A stretch of DNA of 64,000 nucleotides from Rhodospirillales bacterium (GTDB lineage: Bacteria > Pseudomonadota > Alphaproteobacteria > Rhodospirillales > Defluviicoccaceae), in the NCBI GenBank assembly GCA_007695045.1, contig REEP01000082.1, forward strand, positions 34,510 to 98,509. Direction: 5' to 3'. Made by a program: the position numbers and the translations under genes. The notes below the pieces were generated by a model that saw only the letters and a program-made list of their open reading frames with translations, made no database searches and had not been told where the DNA came from. Shown here piece by piece: positions 51,474-61,334 of the stretch; the first letter of the stretch is position 1; every line of letters starts with the position of its first letter.

Positions 51474-52925
51474 TCAGGATCCCTTGTCAATCAGCTTCGG
51501 TTCGCGCAGCAGGAACGCCGGCACATGATCGCCCATGCCGACGACCGGGGCCTCTTCACCCCGGGTCGACCGGCCGCCGCGGCCCCGGCGCCGTTGGGAC
51601 GTACGCGTGCTCGCCACCGGCTCCGGCTGGGGGTCGGCCGGCACCACATCGCTCCGGACGTCCGATGCCGCGGCCGGGACCGAGCCGGGCTGCCGTTCCG
51701 GCTTGCGTGCCGCCGGTTTGGCGGCGGCGGCACCCTTGCGGCGGCGGCGTTTGGTTGTGATCAACTCCCCCGAATCGATGCCGGGGACGTCAACGCGCGG
51801 GATCGCCTTTCCGATCAGGTTCTCGATGGCGATGACGTATGGCCCATCCTCGGGCATGGCCACCGTCAGCGCCCGTCCGACGCGTCCGGCCCGGCCGGTG
51901 CGGCCGATGCGGTGGATGTAATCTTCCGCCGCCGTCGGAACATCGAAATTGAAGACATGGCTGATGCCCGCGATATCGAGGCCGCGGGCGGCCACGTCGC
52001 TGCAGACGAGCAGGGAGACATCGCCCCGCTTGAACCGGCCGAGAACCTCGCTCCGCGCCGACTGAGCCATGTCGCCATGAAGCATGGCGGCATCGAAGCC
52101 GTGGCGCGCCAGCGATCGCTGCACCGTGCCCACATCCCGTTTGCGATTGCAGAAGATCAAGGCGTTCTCAACGCATTCCTGCTCGATCAATGAGCGCAAG
52201 GCCGCCCGCTTGACCCGGTGGATGCTGCGCGGCTCGGTGGCGGAGGCGTCATCGACCACGAGCAGGCCCTGGGAGACCGTCTCCGCCGGGGTGGATGGCG
52301 GGCTTACGATGATCTCCTTGGGATTCATCAGGAAGGCATCGGCCAGCCGGCGGATTTCCGGCGGCATCGTGGCCGAGAACAGAAGCGTCTGCCGCATCCG
52401 TGACAGCAAGGCGACGATGCGCTCCACGTCCGGGATGAAACCCATGTCGAGCATCCGGTCGGCCTCATCGATGACCAGGATGCGCACGTCGTTCATCACC
52501 AGGTGGCCACGCTCGAACATGTCGAGCAATCGCCCCGGCGTGGCAATCAGGACGTCGACTCCCCGGGCCAGGACCCGCATCTGGTCGGTCATGGATTCGC
52601 CGCCGATCAGAAGCGCCTTGGTGAGCGCCGAATGGCGACCGTAGGTATCGAAGTTCTCCGCGACCTGGGCCGCCAGTTCCCGGGTTGGCTCCAGGATCAG
52701 CGAGCGCGGCATCCGCGCCTTGGCATGACCGGCCGACAGGATCTCGATCATCGGCAACGTGAAGGACGCGGTCTTGCCGGTCCCGGTCTGGGCGCAGCCG
52801 AGGATGTCGCGGCCCATCAGGATATAGGGGATGGCTTGCGCCTGGACCGGCGTCGGATCCGTATAACCGGCGTCCCCGACGGCGCGCAGGAGTTGTTCAC
52901 CAAGACCGAGTTCGGCAAAGCTCAT
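51474..52925 (-). CDS. DEAD-box ATP-dependent RNA helicase (RhlE-like)
   Basis: Q motif (FAELGL...GYTDPTPVQ), AQTGTGKTA, PTRELA, VIDEADRM, SAT, HRIGRTGRAG, and a basic C-terminal tail. Confidence 0.9.
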   Translation of the reverse strand: MSFAELGLGEQLLRAVGDAGYTDPTPVQAQAIPYILMGRDILGCAQTGTGKTASFTLPMIEILSAGHAKARMPRSLILEPTRELAAQVAENFDTYGRHSALTKALLIGGESMTDQMRVLARGVDVLIATPGRLLDMFERGHLVMNDVRILVIDEADRMLDMGFIPDVERIVALLSRMRQTLLFSATMPPEIRRLADAFLMNPKEIIVSPPSTPAETVSQGLLVVDDASATEPRSIHRVKRAALRSLIEQECVENALIFCNRKRDVGTVQRSLARHGFDAAMLHGDMAQSARSEVLGRFKRGDVSLLVCSDVAARGLDIAGISHVFNFDVPTAAEDYIHRIGRTGRAGRVGRALTVAMPEDGPYVIAIENLIGKAIPRVDVPGIDSGELITTKRRRRKGAAAAKPAARKPERQPGSVPAAASDVRSDVVPADPQPEPVASTRTSQRRRGRGGRSTRGEEAPVVGMGDHVPAFLLREPKLIDKGS

Positions 52926-53038
52926 CGGCGATCCCATGTCATCCAAGCAGTTGCCTTGGCCGGCGCGGATGCTTCCGCTAGGCTGCGGGGCACGGCGAGC
53001 GAAGCCGCCTCGGCCGTCGGGACGGGAGCGTCGAAATC

Positions 53039-53581
53039 ATGCGCATGCGGGCGGATCAATCGTGCCTCCTCGTGGTGGACATCCAGGAACGCCTGGCACC
53101 GGCGGTACGGGACCCGCAGGCTGTTGTGGCCAATACCGAGCGCCTTCTGCGCGGCGCCGCCTGCCTCAGCATTCCGGTGCTGGTCTCCGAACAGTATCCC
53201 CACGGCATCGGGGAAACGGTGCCGGCACTGCGGTCCCTGCTGCCCGCGGGCGCGGTGGTGGAGAAAATCCATTTTTCGTGTCTCGACGATGCCGGGTATG
53301 CGACCCGGCTTCGGTCGCTTCAGCGCCGCCAAGCGGTGGTGGCCGGAATGGAAGCGCATGTGTGTGTCCTGCAGACCGCCGAAGGCCTTATCGAGGCCGG
53401 CTACGACGTTTTCGTCGTAGCGGACGCCGTATCATCCCGGGTGCCGGCCAACCATGATCGGGCACTCCAGCGGCTCAGCACCGATGGTGCCCATATCGTT
53501 AGCACGGAAATGGTTTTGTTTGAATGGCTCAACAAGGCCGGAACACCCGTATTCAAGGAGCTTATGGCCCTGATCAAGTGA
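53039..53581 (+). CDS. Isochorismatase-family cysteine hydrolase
   Basis: LLVVDIQERL..., VVAGMEAHVCVLQTA (catalytic Cys context), 180 aa. Confidence 0.85.
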   Translation: MRMRADQSCLLVVDIQERLAPAVRDPQAVVANTERLLRGAACLSIPVLVSEQYPHGIGETVPALRSLLPAGAVVEKIHFSCLDDAGYATRLRSLQRRQAVVAGMEAHVCVLQTAEGLIEAGYDVFVVADAVSSRVPANHDRALQRLSTDGAHIVSTEMVLFEWLNKAGTPVFKELMALIK

Positions 53582-53626
53582 ATCGGGGCGGGTGTTGCCG
53601 TGTCAACACGGCCCTGGCGCACGCAT

Positions 53627-53680
53627 GCCCCCGTTTAAGCCCCCTCCCCGTTCAAGCCCCCTCCCCGTTCAAGCCCCCTT
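53627..53680. repeat. 17-bp tandem repeat (about 3 copies)
   Basis: cccctccccgttcaagc occurs twice perfectly (53641-53657, 53658-53674), flanked by partial or degenerate copies. It lies in the intergenic region upstream of the gamma-CA gene. Confidence 0.7.
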
Positions 53681-53765
53681 GTGATGGGCGGCAAAATCCG
53701 TGAGAACGGGATGGGGTTGGGGCCGCGTGCAGACCGTGGGACGATACAGATAAGGAGATGCTTTC

Positions 53766-54314
53766 ATGATGGGAACGATCCTGCCCTACCGCGGTGTCGT
53801 ACCCACTGTTGCCGACAGCGTGTTCCTGGCACCGAACGCGACCGTGATCGGCGACGTGGTGATCGGCGCCGACACCAACATCTGGTTCGGCTGTGTCATC
53901 CGCGGCGATGTCAACATCGTCCGCATCGGCCAACGCACCAACATTCAGGATGGAACCATCGTCCACGTCTCGCGGGAGAAGTTCGGGACCTTCATCGGTG
54001 ACGACGTGACCATTGGCCACCTGGCCCTGATCCACGCCTGCACGCTCGAAGACCGCTGCTTCATCGGCATGAACGCCACCGTGATGGACGGCTGCGTGGT
54101 GGAACCGGAAGCGATGGTGGCCGCGGGTGCGGTGGTGACCCCGGGCAAGCGAGTGCGCACAGGGCAGCTTTGGGCCGGCACCCCGGCCAAGCACATCCGC
54201 GACCTCAGCCGTGAGGATCGGGACGGCATGTCGGCCACGGCGCCGCATTACGTCCGCTTGGCCCGCACCTACCGGGAGGAGGCCGCGGACGCGCCCTTGT
54301 CGGCCCATGGCTGA
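53766..54314 (+). CDS. Gamma-class carbonic anhydrase family (left-handed beta-helix) protein
   Basis: VFLAPNATVIGDVVIGADTNIWFGCVIRGDVNIVRIGQRTNIQDGTIVH shows hexapeptide repeats with the His ligands. Confidence 0.88.
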   Translation: MMGTILPYRGVVPTVADSVFLAPNATVIGDVVIGADTNIWFGCVIRGDVNIVRIGQRTNIQDGTIVHVSREKFGTFIGDDVTIGHLALIHACTLEDRCFIGMNATVMDGCVVEPEAMVAAGAVVTPGKRVRTGQLWAGTPAKHIRDLSREDRDGMSATAPHYVRLARTYREEAADAPLSAHG

Positions 54315-55302
54315 AACCGCCCCGCCTGCAGCCGGAACGGCACCGGCGTCCGGCGACGCCCTGATCGCCATGGTGCAGGATCGCAACCGCCGTGGCATCG
54401 CCCGGGCCATGGCCATCGCGGAATCCACCTCGGACGGCAGCCGCGACTTTGTCGCCGCCGTCCACCGCCTGGCGGGGCACGCCCACACCATCGGCGTGAC
54501 CGGCGTGCCGGGCAGCGGCAAGTCCACCATGGTGCGCGCCCTGGCCCAGCGTTTCCGCGCCACCGGCCGAACCGTCGGCATCGTCGCCATCGACCCGTCC
54601 AGTCCATTCTCCGGCGGCGCCATCCTGGGCGACCGAATCCGCATGAACGAACTTTCCGGTGATCCTGGCGTGTTCATCCGCAGCATGGCCACCCGCGGCG
54701 CCCTCGGCGGCCTTGCCCGCGCCACCCTCGACGTGGTCGACGTGCTGGATGCCGCCCGCTTCGACGTCGTGCTGATCGAGACGGTGGGCGTGGGTCAGGA
54801 CGAGGTCGACGTGGTCCAGGCGGCGCACACGGTCCTGGTGGTATCGGCGCCGGGCCTCGGCGATGAGGTTCAGGCGATCAAGGCCGGCGTGCTGGAGATC
54901 GCGGACATCCACGTGGTCAGCAAATGCGACAAGCCCGACGCCATGCAGACGGTGGCCGACCTGCAGGCCATGTTGAAGCTGGGCGGAATCGGCCGGGGGG
55001 ATACCACCTGGGCCATCGAGGTGATCCCCACGAGCGCGCAGAACCGGGACGGTATCGATGTTCTGGTTGACGCCATAGACCGCCACCGCGCCCACCTCCG
55101 CTCCACGGGCGAGTTGGAGGCACGCCAGCGCCGGATCCTGGAGATGCGGATCGTCAAGACCGCAGAAGACATCGTCCGTGACCAACTCGGCGGGCGCCGG
55201 CGCGAGGCCTTGCATGCGGTCCTGACCCAGGCGGTCGCGAAGGACACCGATCCGTACACCGCGGCCCGAACCCTTTTGCGCGACATCGCAACCGGGCTGT
55301 AG
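54307..55302 (+). CDS. meaB: Methylmalonyl-CoA mutase-associated GTPase MeaB (ArgK family)
   Basis: GVTGVPGSGKSTMV (P-loop), LIETVGVGQDE, VVSKCDK. The ATG at 54307 overlaps the gamma-CA gene by 8 nt. Confidence 0.88.
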   Translation: MAETAPPAAGTAPASGDALIAMVQDRNRRGIARAMAIAESTSDGSRDFVAAVHRLAGHAHTIGVTGVPGSGKSTMVRALAQRFRATGRTVGIVAIDPSSPFSGGAILGDRIRMNELSGDPGVFIRSMATRGALGGLARATLDVVDVLDAARFDVVLIETVGVGQDEVDVVQAAHTVLVVSAPGLGDEVQAIKAGVLEIADIHVVSKCDKPDAMQTVADLQAMLKLGGIGRGDTTWAIEVIPTSAQNRDGIDVLVDAIDRHRAHLRSTGELEARQRRILEMRIVKTAEDIVRDQLGGRRREALHAVLTQAVAKDTDPYTAARTLLRDIATGL

Positions 55303-55305
55303 CGG

Positions 55306-57132
55306 TCACTCGGCGTCGCCATCGTCGGCGGACATGCGAACGTAGCGCCCGGGCGCCGGTTCCAGGACCGGCAGGCCGCCCTCGCCAGGGATTCTGGGTG
55401 CGACCTGTTCGCGGTTGCCGTGGGTCTGAACGACCCAGGCATGCCAATCGGGCCACCACGAACCGTCGTTGCGCCGGCTCCTCTGGTACCATGCGGCCGA
55501 TTGTGCGGGCGGTCTTGCTTTCGCCATCGGCTGAGCGTGATAGCCGTACTTTCCCGATTCCGGCGGATTGACCACACCGGCCACATGGCCCGAATCGGTC
55601 AGCACGAAGCGCGCTGGGCCGGCCAGCAGATGCACGCTCTTGTAGGCGGATCGCCAGGGAGCGATGTGATCCTGGCGCGCGGCCAGAACATACAGTGGTG
55701 CGTCGATGCGACCGAGATCGACCAGACAGCCATCGAGGGCGAGCGCATTGGGGGTCGCGAGCCTGTTCTGCTGAAACAGATTGCGCAGGTAGAACTGGTG
55801 GAGGGCGAACGGCATCCGGGTGGAATCCGCGTTCCACGACAGCAGGTCGAATGGGAACGGATCGCGCCCGAGCAGGTAGTTGTTGACCACGAACGACCAG
55901 ATCAGATCGTTTTCCCGCAGCAGGTTGAACACCAGTTCCAGTTCCCCGGCCGGTAGATGGCCGTACCGCGACATCCGGTCCTCCAGGCTGGAAATGGTGG
56001 CCTCATCGATGAACACGCCGAGGTCGCCCGGCTCCGAGAAATCGAGCAGGGAGGCAAACAGGCTCAGGCTGGCAAACCGGCGCTCACCCCGGGCGGCGAG
56101 CCAGGCCGCAGCCGCCGCCAGCAGCGTGCCGCCGACACAATAGCCGACGGCATCCACCGCCTGTTCCCCGGTGACCGCCCGGATGGCCTCCAGGGCCGCC
56201 AACGGGCCCTCGCGCACATAGTCCTCGAAGCCGAGGTCAGCCAGCGCGCTGCCGGGATTGACCCAGGAAATCATGAACACGGTATGGCCTTGCGCCACCG
56301 CCCAGCGGACCCACGATCGCTCTCCAAGGTCGAACAGGTAGTACTTGTTGATCCATGGCGGCACGAACAGAAGCGGCCGGCGCAAAACCGTCTCGGTCAC
56401 CGGCGCATACTGGATCAATTCCATCACCCGGTTGCGGAAGATGACCGCCCCGGGGGTGGCCGCCACCGTTTCGCCGACGCGGAAGCCGGCGGGATCGGAC
56501 TGTCGAATCCGCAGCGCACCATGGCCGCGTTCCAGGTCGGCGAGCAGGTTGCGCAGGCCGTTGATCAGGTTCTCGCCACAGGATTCCATCGTGGCTGCCA
56601 GAACTTCCGGATTGGTAAGGGCGAAGTTGCTGGGCGAGACTGCACTGATGAACTGCCGGGTGTAGAATTCCACCTTCTGCTGGCAGCGCGGATCGAGACC
56701 GGTCACATCGTGCACGGTGCGATCCAGCCAGCGTGAGACCAGGAGGTACGACTGCTTGATGTAATTAAAGATCTCGTTTTCGCGCCAGGCCGGGTGTTGA
56801 AACCGGCGATCCCTCGCCCCCGGCTGGTACAGCGGTTCGGCATCGAACCCGATCATGCGGAGCGTGGTGTTCTGCCACAGTTCCATGAACCCGGTCCACA
56901 AGGAGACCTGAGCGCGGGCCAGGTGCGTCGGATCCGCGATCAGGCGCCCGGTCAGGTGGGCGAAGCTGCCTGCGATGGCGGCGGGGCTGCCGGGGCCCTG
57001 CGGCGTGATGAGGTCCTGGCGGGACAACCACTCACACATCAGCCGGTGACTGCGCTCGGTGATGTCGAACCAAGCGCGCGCGAACTCCGCGGGATCATGC
57101 AGAGGGTGGTCCGAGCCCTGTTGATCGGCCAT
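55306..57132 (-). CDS. phaC: Class I poly(R)-hydroxyalkanoate synthase
   Basis: About 600 aa with the lipase-box-like GYCVGGTLL and ...PLLFVPPWINKYYLFDL.... An alternative ATG at 57144 is possible. Confidence 0.9.
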   Translation of the reverse strand: MADQQGSDHPLHDPAEFARAWFDITERSHRLMCEWLSRQDLITPQGPGSPAAIAGSFAHLTGRLIADPTHLARAQVSLWTGFMELWQNTTLRMIGFDAEPLYQPGARDRRFQHPAWRENEIFNYIKQSYLLVSRWLDRTVHDVTGLDPRCQQKVEFYTRQFISAVSPSNFALTNPEVLAATMESCGENLINGLRNLLADLERGHGALRIRQSDPAGFRVGETVAATPGAVIFRNRVMELIQYAPVTETVLRRPLLFVPPWINKYYLFDLGERSWVRWAVAQGHTVFMISWVNPGSALADLGFEDYVREGPLAALEAIRAVTGEQAVDAVGYCVGGTLLAAAAAWLAARGERRFASLSLFASLLDFSEPGDLGVFIDEATISSLEDRMSRYGHLPAGELELVFNLLRENDLIWSFVVNNYLLGRDPFPFDLLSWNADSTRMPFALHQFYLRNLFQQNRLATPNALALDGCLVDLGRIDAPLYVLAARQDHIAPWRSAYKSVHLLAGPARFVLTDSGHVAGVVNPPESGKYGYHAQPMAKARPPAQSAAWYQRSRRNDGSWWPDWHAWVVQTHGNREQVAPRIPGEGGLPVLEPAPGRYVRMSADDGDAE

Positions 57133-57366
57133 GACCCCTTCCATTATGCTTTCATGTGCGCGGGCGCCGACGCGCGAAGGCTATCGACGGGGAGTCACCC
57201 GACACGGTCCCCCGGCCCCCTGTCCCGCCGGGCTGCCCGCAGCCGGCTCCTGCACTTTGCCGGCTTTTCAATTTATAGTCCCGGCGCCGGTCCGGAGCAA
57301 CGCGGTCACATCCTGCCGGCGGTTTCGGCGCACCCAACGGGCATGCTGGAGAAGAGGCGTTCGGTC

Positions 57367-58617
57367 ATGACTATGCGTTCACGGCAACCGCGCGGCGCAG
57401 ATGCAAAGCCCCGTCGGCGGAGCCTGCACCTTGCGGTGGCCGGACTGTTGGCCGTCGGCACCGGCGGCTGTTCCTCGGTGCCCGATGCCGTCAACCCGGT
57501 GGAATGGTACCGCGGCGCGGAACGGGCGATCTTCGGTTCCGACGAGGAAGTTGCCGACGCCACGGACGCGGAAACCGCCGGCGTTTACGTGCCGCCCGAG
57601 GCCGTCCCGGGTGCGGACCAGTCGTTCCCTAATCTGGCCGATGTGCCGGACCGGCCCGAAGCCCGGGCGCCGCAGGACACCGCAGCCCTCCGGCGGGGCC
57701 TTATCGCGGATCGGGAGCATGCCCGCCACAGCGATCTGGCGTTGGCGCCCGGTCGCGGCCGCGGTGTTCCGGCGCCGGACGACGGGACGGCGGCCGAAGG
57801 CGCGCCAGGCGCGGGTGGTGTCTTCCTGCCGGCGGTCGAGCCGCAACGGATCACGCTGGGCGCACCGGCGCCGCGCCAGGATGTGGCGGCCCAGGAGGCA
57901 CAACGGCAGGCGGCAGCCCGCCAGGAGGCCGAAGCTCGGGAGGCGGCCCGCCAGCGCGCGGCAGCACGACGGGCCCAGGCCGCCCCAGCCTTCAGCGATG
58001 TGCCGCCGCCCACGTTCTCGGGCGCACCCCCACCGCGTGCGCGCCAGCCGCAGGAATCGCCGCCGCCGCGACCGCAGTTCGCCGACGTCCCGCCACCGAC
58101 CATGACCACCGCCCCGCCGCCGCCGGCACCGGCACGGACCGGAGCACCCCCACCGCCCCCGGCCCTGAACGATGCGGCACCCCGTAACGGTGCGGCCGCG
58201 GCACCGGCCGATACCGCGCCCCCCGATGCCATGGCGCAGCGCCGCCCGCTGCCGACGCCGGAGACCGAGGCTCGGTCGCCCGCCGGAACGGCCGAACGGG
58301 TGGCGGTGATCCGGTTCAGCGGCGATTCGGCCGCACTGGATGATGCCGAGACCATCGTGCTGGAACGCATCGCCGCCCTGCATGCCGAGCACGGCGGCAC
58401 GATTCGGGTGGTCGGCCACGCCAGCCACGGCGCTGCCGTTGATGCCGAGCAACGTGCGGCGATGGATCAGACACTGTCGCGCCAACGCGCCCTGGCGGTC
58501 GGCGAATCCCTGATCCGGCTGGGCGTTCCCGAGGAGAGCCTGCGCCTGCGCGGCAGCGGAGCCGGCGGAGCGGCTGATGCGGCCGGCCAACGGGTGGAGA
58601 TTTTCTTCGTCTATTAG
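57367..58617 (+). CDS. OmpA-family putative lipoprotein with Pro-rich linker
   Basis: Signal peptide/lipobox-like LLAVGTGGCSS, a long Pro/Ala-rich repetitive middle and a C-terminal OmpA_C-like domain (IRFSGDSAALDD...VVGHAS...LSRQRALAVGESLIRLGV...QRVEIFF). Confidence 0.8.
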   Translation: MTMRSRQPRGADAKPRRRSLHLAVAGLLAVGTGGCSSVPDAVNPVEWYRGAERAIFGSDEEVADATDAETAGVYVPPEAVPGADQSFPNLADVPDRPEARAPQDTAALRRGLIADREHARHSDLALAPGRGRGVPAPDDGTAAEGAPGAGGVFLPAVEPQRITLGAPAPRQDVAAQEAQRQAAARQEAEAREAARQRAAARRAQAAPAFSDVPPPTFSGAPPPRARQPQESPPPRPQFADVPPPTMTTAPPPPAPARTGAPPPPPALNDAAPRNGAAAAPADTAPPDAMAQRRPLPTPETEARSPAGTAERVAVIRFSGDSAALDDAETIVLERIAALHAEHGGTIRVVGHASHGAAVDAEQRAAMDQTLSRQRALAVGESLIRLGVPEESLRLRGSGAGGAADAAGQRVEIFFVY

Positions 58618-58728
58618 GGCGCTTTTTGGCAGGATGGGGCATTCGACGGCCGCCGTCGGCTGCGCAGTCCGTCGGCCCCCTGCCGACGGTAGCTAAGCCG
58701 TGCGCGCCGTCTCCGCTTGAGGTGAACC

Positions 58729-59949
58729 ATGCAACAGGACTTTCACGCGATCCGACGCCTGCCGCCCTACGTGTTTGCCGAGGTCAACGCGATGAAGGCG
58801 CGGGCACGGGCTGCCGGCGACGACATCATCGATTTCGGCATGGGCAATCCCGACTTTGCGACGCCGCCGCATATCGTCGCCAAGCTGGCGGAAACCGCCC
58901 AGGATCCGCGCACGCACCGGTATTCCGAATCACGCGGGATCAAGGGCTTGCGCCGAGCCATCGCCGGCTATTATGCGCGCCGGTTCGGGGTGGAGATCGA
59001 CCCCGAGAGCGAGGCGGTGGTGACCATCGGCTCCAAGGAAGGCCTCGCCAATTTGGCCAGCGCCATCACCAGCCCCGGTGACGTCATCCTGGTGCCGAAC
59101 CCGAGCTATCCGATCCATCAGTTCGGCTTCATCATCGCCGGTGCGGCCGTCCGCAACATCCCGGTCAAGGCCGATTCCGACCTGCTCGCCGCGCTGGAAC
59201 GGGCGGTGCAGCACAGCGTACCCAAGCCCACGGCGGTGCTGCTCAACTATCCCAACAACCCCACGGCCGAGCGGGCCACGCTGGACTTTTATGCCGAGGT
59301 GGTGGACTTCTGCCGCCGGCGGGAGGTTTATGTCCTGTCCGACCTGGCGTATGCGGAAATCTATTTCGACGGCAATCCCCCACCCTCCATCCTGCAGGTT
59401 CCGGGGGCACGGGACGTGGCGGTGGAATTCACCTCCATGAGCAAGACCTACTCCATGCCCGGCTGGCGGATCGGCTTCGCCTGCGGCAACAAAACGCTGA
59501 TCGCGGCCCTGGCACGGGTGAAATCCTATGTGGATTATGGCGCCTTCACCCCCATTCAGGTGGCTGCCACGGCCGCTCTCAACGGTCCCCAGGACTGCGT
59601 CGTGGAGATGCGCCAACGCTACCTGCAACGGCGCGACGTTCTTATCGGGGGCCTGTCCAATGCCGGCTGGGACGTGCCGTCTCCGCCGGCCACGATGTTC
59701 GCCTGGGCACCGGTGCCGCAGGCGTTCCAGCATCTTGGCTCGCTCGAGTTCTCCAAGCTTTTGTTGCGGGAAGCGCGCGTGGCGGTGTCCCCGGGTGTGG
59801 GCTTCGGTGAGCACGGTGACGATTACGTCCGTTTCGCCCTGGTGGAGAACACCCACCGAATCCGGCAGGCGGTGCGCAGCATCAAGGCATTCATGAGCCG
59901 CTATCACAACGTCATCGAAGGCGCCAGCCAGCCGGTTCCGGCCGAATAG
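58729..59949 (+). CDS. Class I/II pyridoxal-phosphate aminotransferase (AlaC / LL-DAP aminotransferase-like)
   Basis: RRLPPYVFAEVNAMKARARAAGDDIIDFGMGNPD; the SMSKTYSMPGWRIGF motif (PLP lysine). It is upstream of hom, as in many alphaproteobacteria. Confidence 0.88.
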   Translation: MQQDFHAIRRLPPYVFAEVNAMKARARAAGDDIIDFGMGNPDFATPPHIVAKLAETAQDPRTHRYSESRGIKGLRRAIAGYYARRFGVEIDPESEAVVTIGSKEGLANLASAITSPGDVILVPNPSYPIHQFGFIIAGAAVRNIPVKADSDLLAALERAVQHSVPKPTAVLLNYPNNPTAERATLDFYAEVVDFCRRREVYVLSDLAYAEIYFDGNPPPSILQVPGARDVAVEFTSMSKTYSMPGWRIGFACGNKTLIAALARVKSYVDYGAFTPIQVAATAALNGPQDCVVEMRQRYLQRRDVLIGGLSNAGWDVPSPPATMFAWAPVPQAFQHLGSLEFSKLLLREARVAVSPGVGFGEHGDDYVRFALVENTHRIRQAVRSIKAFMSRYHNVIEGASQPVPAE

Positions 59950-59986
59950 GTGCCCACAGCCCGCAATCGAAAGGACAGCTAACCCG

Positions 59987-61276
59987 ATGGGAGACCCGTT
60001 ACGCGTCGCCATAGCCGGACTGGGCACGGTGGGTTCCGGCACCGTGCGGCTGATCGAAGCCAATGCCGGCCTTCTGGCGGCGCGCACCGGCCGGGAGATC
60101 GTGATCACGGCCGTGGCCGACCTGGACCCGCGGGATCGCGGCTTCGCCACCGAGAGTTATCGCTGGTACGACAACGCCTTGGCCATGGCGGAGAACACCG
60201 ACGCCGACGTCATCGTCGAGTTGATCGGCGGTGCCGAAGGAATCGCCCGCAAGGTGTGCGAGACCGCGATCGCCCGCGGGCGCCACGTGGTTACCGCCAA
60301 CAAGGCGCTGATCGCCCACCACGGCACCGATCTGGCGCGGGCGGCCGAAGCGGCCGGTGTCACCCTCGCCTACGAAGCGGCGGTCGGCGGGGGCATTCCG
60401 GTCATCAAGTCCCTGCGCGAGGGGCTGGTGGGCAACGCTTGCGAACGCGTCTACGGCATCCTCAATGGCACCTGCAACTACATCCTCACGGCCATGCGCG
60501 AGAGCGGGCGCGGCTTCCAGGAGGTGCTGGCCGAGGCGCAGGCACTGGGCTATGCCGAGGCGGATCCCAGTTTCGACGTGGATGGGGTGGACACCGCCCA
60601 CAAGCTCGCCATCCTGGCCAGCGTCGCTTTCGGCTGCACCGTCGACTTCGCGGCCGTGCATATCGAAGGCATTCGCCAGATCAGCGCCGACGACATCGCC
60701 TTCGCCGATGAACTGGGCTACCGCATCAAGCTGCTGGGCATCGCCAAGCGTACGCCGGCCGGAGTCGAGCGGCGGGTGCACCCGTGCATGGTACCGCTCG
60801 GCTCCCCCATCGCGCATGTGGAGGGGGTGTTCAACGCCGTGGTCGCCGACGGCGATTTCGTCGATACCATCATCCAAGTGGGGCGCGGTGCGGGGGAGCG
60901 GCCGACCGCGTCCGCCGTGGTGGCGGATATCGCCGACATTGCCCGCGGCAACCGGGTGGCCACGTTTGCCGTTTCGGCGGCAGAGCTGGCGGCCCTTCCG
61001 GCCGCCTCCATGCAGAACCACCGAGGCGCCTACTATGTCCGCCTGATGGTGTTGGACAAGCCCGGCGTGTTCGCCGACATCGCCGCCATCCTGCGCGACC
61101 ATGACGTCTCGATGGAGGCGGTCATCCAGCGGGCGCGGGCCCCGGGTGAGGCGGTACCCGTGGTAATGACCACGCACGAAACCGCGGAATCGGCCATGAC
61201 CCACTGCCTGGCGGCCATTCAACGCTTGCCGTTCTGCCAGGAAGCGCCGCACATGATCCGGATCGAGCCATTCTGA
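59987..61276 (+). CDS. hom: Homoserine dehydrogenase
   Basis: VAIAGLGTVGSG (NAD binding), GILNGTCNYILT, and a C-terminal ACT domain (YYVRLMVLDKPGVFADIAAIL). Confidence 0.92.
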   Translation: MGDPLRVAIAGLGTVGSGTVRLIEANAGLLAARTGREIVITAVADLDPRDRGFATESYRWYDNALAMAENTDADVIVELIGGAEGIARKVCETAIARGRHVVTANKALIAHHGTDLARAAEAAGVTLAYEAAVGGGIPVIKSLREGLVGNACERVYGILNGTCNYILTAMRESGRGFQEVLAEAQALGYAEADPSFDVDGVDTAHKLAILASVAFGCTVDFAAVHIEGIRQISADDIAFADELGYRIKLLGIAKRTPAGVERRVHPCMVPLGSPIAHVEGVFNAVVADGDFVDTIIQVGRGAGERPTASAVVADIADIARGNRVATFAVSAAELAALPAASMQNHRGAYYVRLMVLDKPGVFADIAAILRDHDVSMEAVIQRARAPGEAVPVVMTTHETAESAMTHCLAAIQRLPFCQEAPHMIRIEPF

Positions 61277-61334
61277 GCCGGCCCCCGGCCGGGGGTCGCT
61301 TGCATCCTTTGGCCCTGGCGGGGAGAAACGACGC

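Noticed and set aside
53627-53680. Possible CRISPR array
   Set aside because: The units are directly tandem (no spacers), there are only about 3 copies of 17 bp, and there are no cas genes.
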